48,936 nt of DNA from an uncultured Ruminococcus sp. (GTDB taxonomy: Bacteria > Bacillota > Clostridia > Oscillospirales > Acutalibacteraceae): NCBI GenBank assembly GCA_964421585.1, contig CAYQXN010000001.1, forward strand, positions 1 through 48,936, written 5' to 3'. Shown here piece after piece: positions 47,444 to 48,936 of the stretch. A program made the position numbers and the translations under genes. Position 1 is the first letter of the stretch. Each line of letters starts with the position of its first letter. The notes under the pieces were generated by a model that worked only from the letters and a program-made list of their open reading frames with translations, had not been told where the DNA came from and made no database searches.

Positions 47444-48256
47444 ATGCGTTTATTAATCTTAACAAAGCGTAATCTTATTTCAATAGGCTTCTGTCTGCTG
47501 ATTGGAGTTCTGGCAGGCACAATTGCAATCACTTCAACCGTAAATGCGGTACAGACCGCAAGCACCGAACGGGAAATCCCCATTTACTGTGTTGATACGA
47601 ACAAAAAGCAGGTAGCTCTGTCGTTTGACGCCGCATGGGGCAATGAGCAAACGGATACACTGCTTGAAATACTCGACAAATACAATGTAAAAAGTACCTT
47701 TTTCCTTGTTGGCGACTGGGTTGATAACTACCCCGACGACGTAAAGAAGATTGCCGAAAAGGGACACGACGTTGGCAACCACAGCGACACACACCCGTAT
47801 ATGACTCAGCTTTCAACAGCCGATATGACAGGTCAGATTCAGGCTTGCAACGAAAAGATTAAAAAGCTTACGGGCAGCACTCCTACTCTGTTCAGAGCAC
47901 CCTACGGCGACTACAATAATGATGTCGTAAAATCCGTAAACGGCTGCGGAATGTACTGTGTGCAATGGGACGTTGACTCACTGGACTGGAAAGACCCCAC
48001 TCCCGAGCAGATTACTCAGAACGTGCTGAGCAAAATTAAAAACGGCAGTATCATACTTATGCACAACGGTGCAACAAACACTCCCGAAGCTCTGCCAATG
48101 GTAATTGAAGGCATACAGGAGGCGGGATATGAAATTGTGCCGATTTCAAAAATTCTGCTTACCTGTGATTACTACACAGACGTTCAGGGAATGATGTGCG
48201 CCAAAGAGGAAGCGACCACCGCAGCAAACACAACTGCCGCCACGGCAAAGCCGTAA
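47444..48256 (+). CDS. Polysaccharide deacetylase, PdaB-like (sporulation)
   Basis: N-terminal TM/signal, VALSFDAAWG (PdaB-type motif 1), GNHSDTHP, FRAPYG, WDVDSLDWK, ILMHN. Confidence 0.88.
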   Translation: MRLLILTKRNLISIGFCLLIGVLAGTIAITSTVNAVQTASTEREIPIYCVDTNKKQVALSFDAAWGNEQTDTLLEILDKYNVKSTFFLVGDWVDNYPDDVKKIAEKGHDVGNHSDTHPYMTQLSTADMTGQIQACNEKIKKLTGSTPTLFRAPYGDYNNDVVKSVNGCGMYCVQWDVDSLDWKDPTPEQITQNVLSKIKNGSIILMHNGATNTPEALPMVIEGIQEAGYEIVPISKILLTCDYYTDVQGMMCAKEEATTAANTTAATAKP

Positions 48257-48360
48257 AGCTAAAATTTTATTATTCTTGCTAAAATGTCGGTAGAACCGTA
48301 CTATAAATGACTAAACAACGTTCTTTATACTACTGCCGAAAACCCTTTTTTACACTAACC

Positions 48361-48519
48361 GGGGCTATCTGAAAACAGAAAAATAATTAAAGATTTGCTA
48401 AGAAGAGGTGAGTACGAGTGAAAAAGCGCAGAAATGCTGACGCATTTCGAGCATTTTTCGCAAAGTAAGCACCCGTATTAACAGAAATAGACAGTCCCTT
48501 TGAGTTTTCAGATAGCCCC
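48361..48519. mobile_element. MITE-like non-coding element (159 bp)
   Basis: Perfect 16-bp terminal inverted repeats GGGGCTATCTGAAAAC / GTTTTCAGATAGCCCC with nested internal palindromes; no ORF in the track. Confidence 0.75.
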
Positions 48520-48545
48520 TAAATAAAAGCAGATTTTACCGTAAA

Positions 48546-48577
48546 AAAACAACCGTCTCATACGAGTCGGTTGTTTT
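48546..48577. terminator. Bidirectional terminator
   Basis: AAAACAACCG-TCTC-ATAC-GAGT-CGGTTGTTTT, just downstream of the minus-strand dockerin ORF. Confidence 0.82.
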
Positions 48578-48593
48578 CATATTGTATTAGCAT

Positions 48594-48936
48594 TTAAACA
48601 AAAGAAGTGATCATTTCGGCAACATATTTCTGAACCAGTATAGCGTCATCAATTGTTAAATCGCCGTCATTGTTTACATCGGCAGCACTAAACCGGGCAT
48701 CATCAAATTCGGTCATATCAGCAACATACTTCTGAATTGCGGTTGCATCGTCAATTGTCACTTCTCCGTCACCGTTTACGTCGCCGAGTAATGTTTTCTG
48801 AACCTCGCCAATACTTATAAAGTTTACTTCCTTTTTCGATTGCAAATGTTTCTGCTTCTGAGCCTGTATATCCATAGATTGAGAGTGTATCTGAAGGATT
48901 GTTAAAAGCTGATTTTTCAATATATGTTACACTGTC
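48594..48936 (-). pseudogene. 3' end of a BspA-type leucine-rich-repeat protein with C-terminal dockerin, frameshifted at 48827-48836 (5' part outside the window)
   Basis: The frame entering at 48936 reads DSVTYIEKSAFNNPSDTLSIYGYTGSEAETFAIEKG (last LRR and cap) and stops at 48769. The dockerin (GDVNGDGEVTIDDATAIQKY..ADVNNDGDLTIDDAILVQKY) lies in the +1 frame. Confidence 0.8.

Noticed and set aside
48837-48920. N-terminus MKNQLLTILQ... of the last ORF as a stand-alone dockerin protein
   Set aside because: The overlapping frame encodes a clear LRR end and cap, and this frame has no signal peptide or RBS.
1-48936. CRISPR array, prophage, rRNA/tRNA or defence operon; the remaining nested and antisense ORFs in the track
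   Set aside because: No regularly spaced repeats, phage genes, cloverleafs or defence motifs were seen by eye. The other short ORFs overlap confidently identified genes.

Overview
A ~49 kb chromosomal window from a low-GC, spore-forming Clostridia-class bacterium. The dockerin proteins and gene order suggest Oscillospirales, of the Ruminococcus bromii/Acutalibacteraceae type (inference). Most of it is core genome: rpmG-secE-nusG-rplK-rplA-rplJ-rplL with two L1-binding sites and an L10 leader, murI, argS, a group B-like [FeFe]-hydrogenase, a fabK-fabD-fabG-fabF-accB-fabZ-accC-accD-accA cluster, a class A PBP, hom-lysC, trmK-Nif3-trmB, a lipoprotein plus OmpR-type two-component system, DUF1385-prmC, recA-recX-rimO-pgsA-cysE-cysS, and the sporulation genes bofC-like and pdaB-like. 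Accessory content comprises a 7.7-14.2 kb envelope-stress patch with two PadR operons (HAAS-like and DUF4097 partners), an IS3-family remnant, a 159-bp MITE-like element and two dockerin-bearing secreted proteins. Main observations: (i) three accessory genes, including both dockerin genes, each carry one extra base, while no core gene appears split; (ii) twice, a terminator-like hairpin hides the next gene's RBS and carries that gene's candidate -10 element at its apex; (iii) a candidate NusG-sensitive attenuator precedes the nusG operon; (iv) lysC has an internal beta-subunit start. rpmG and rplL are missing from the supplied ORF track. I saw no CRISPR array, tRNA, rRNA or prophage. All calls were made by eye, without database searches.
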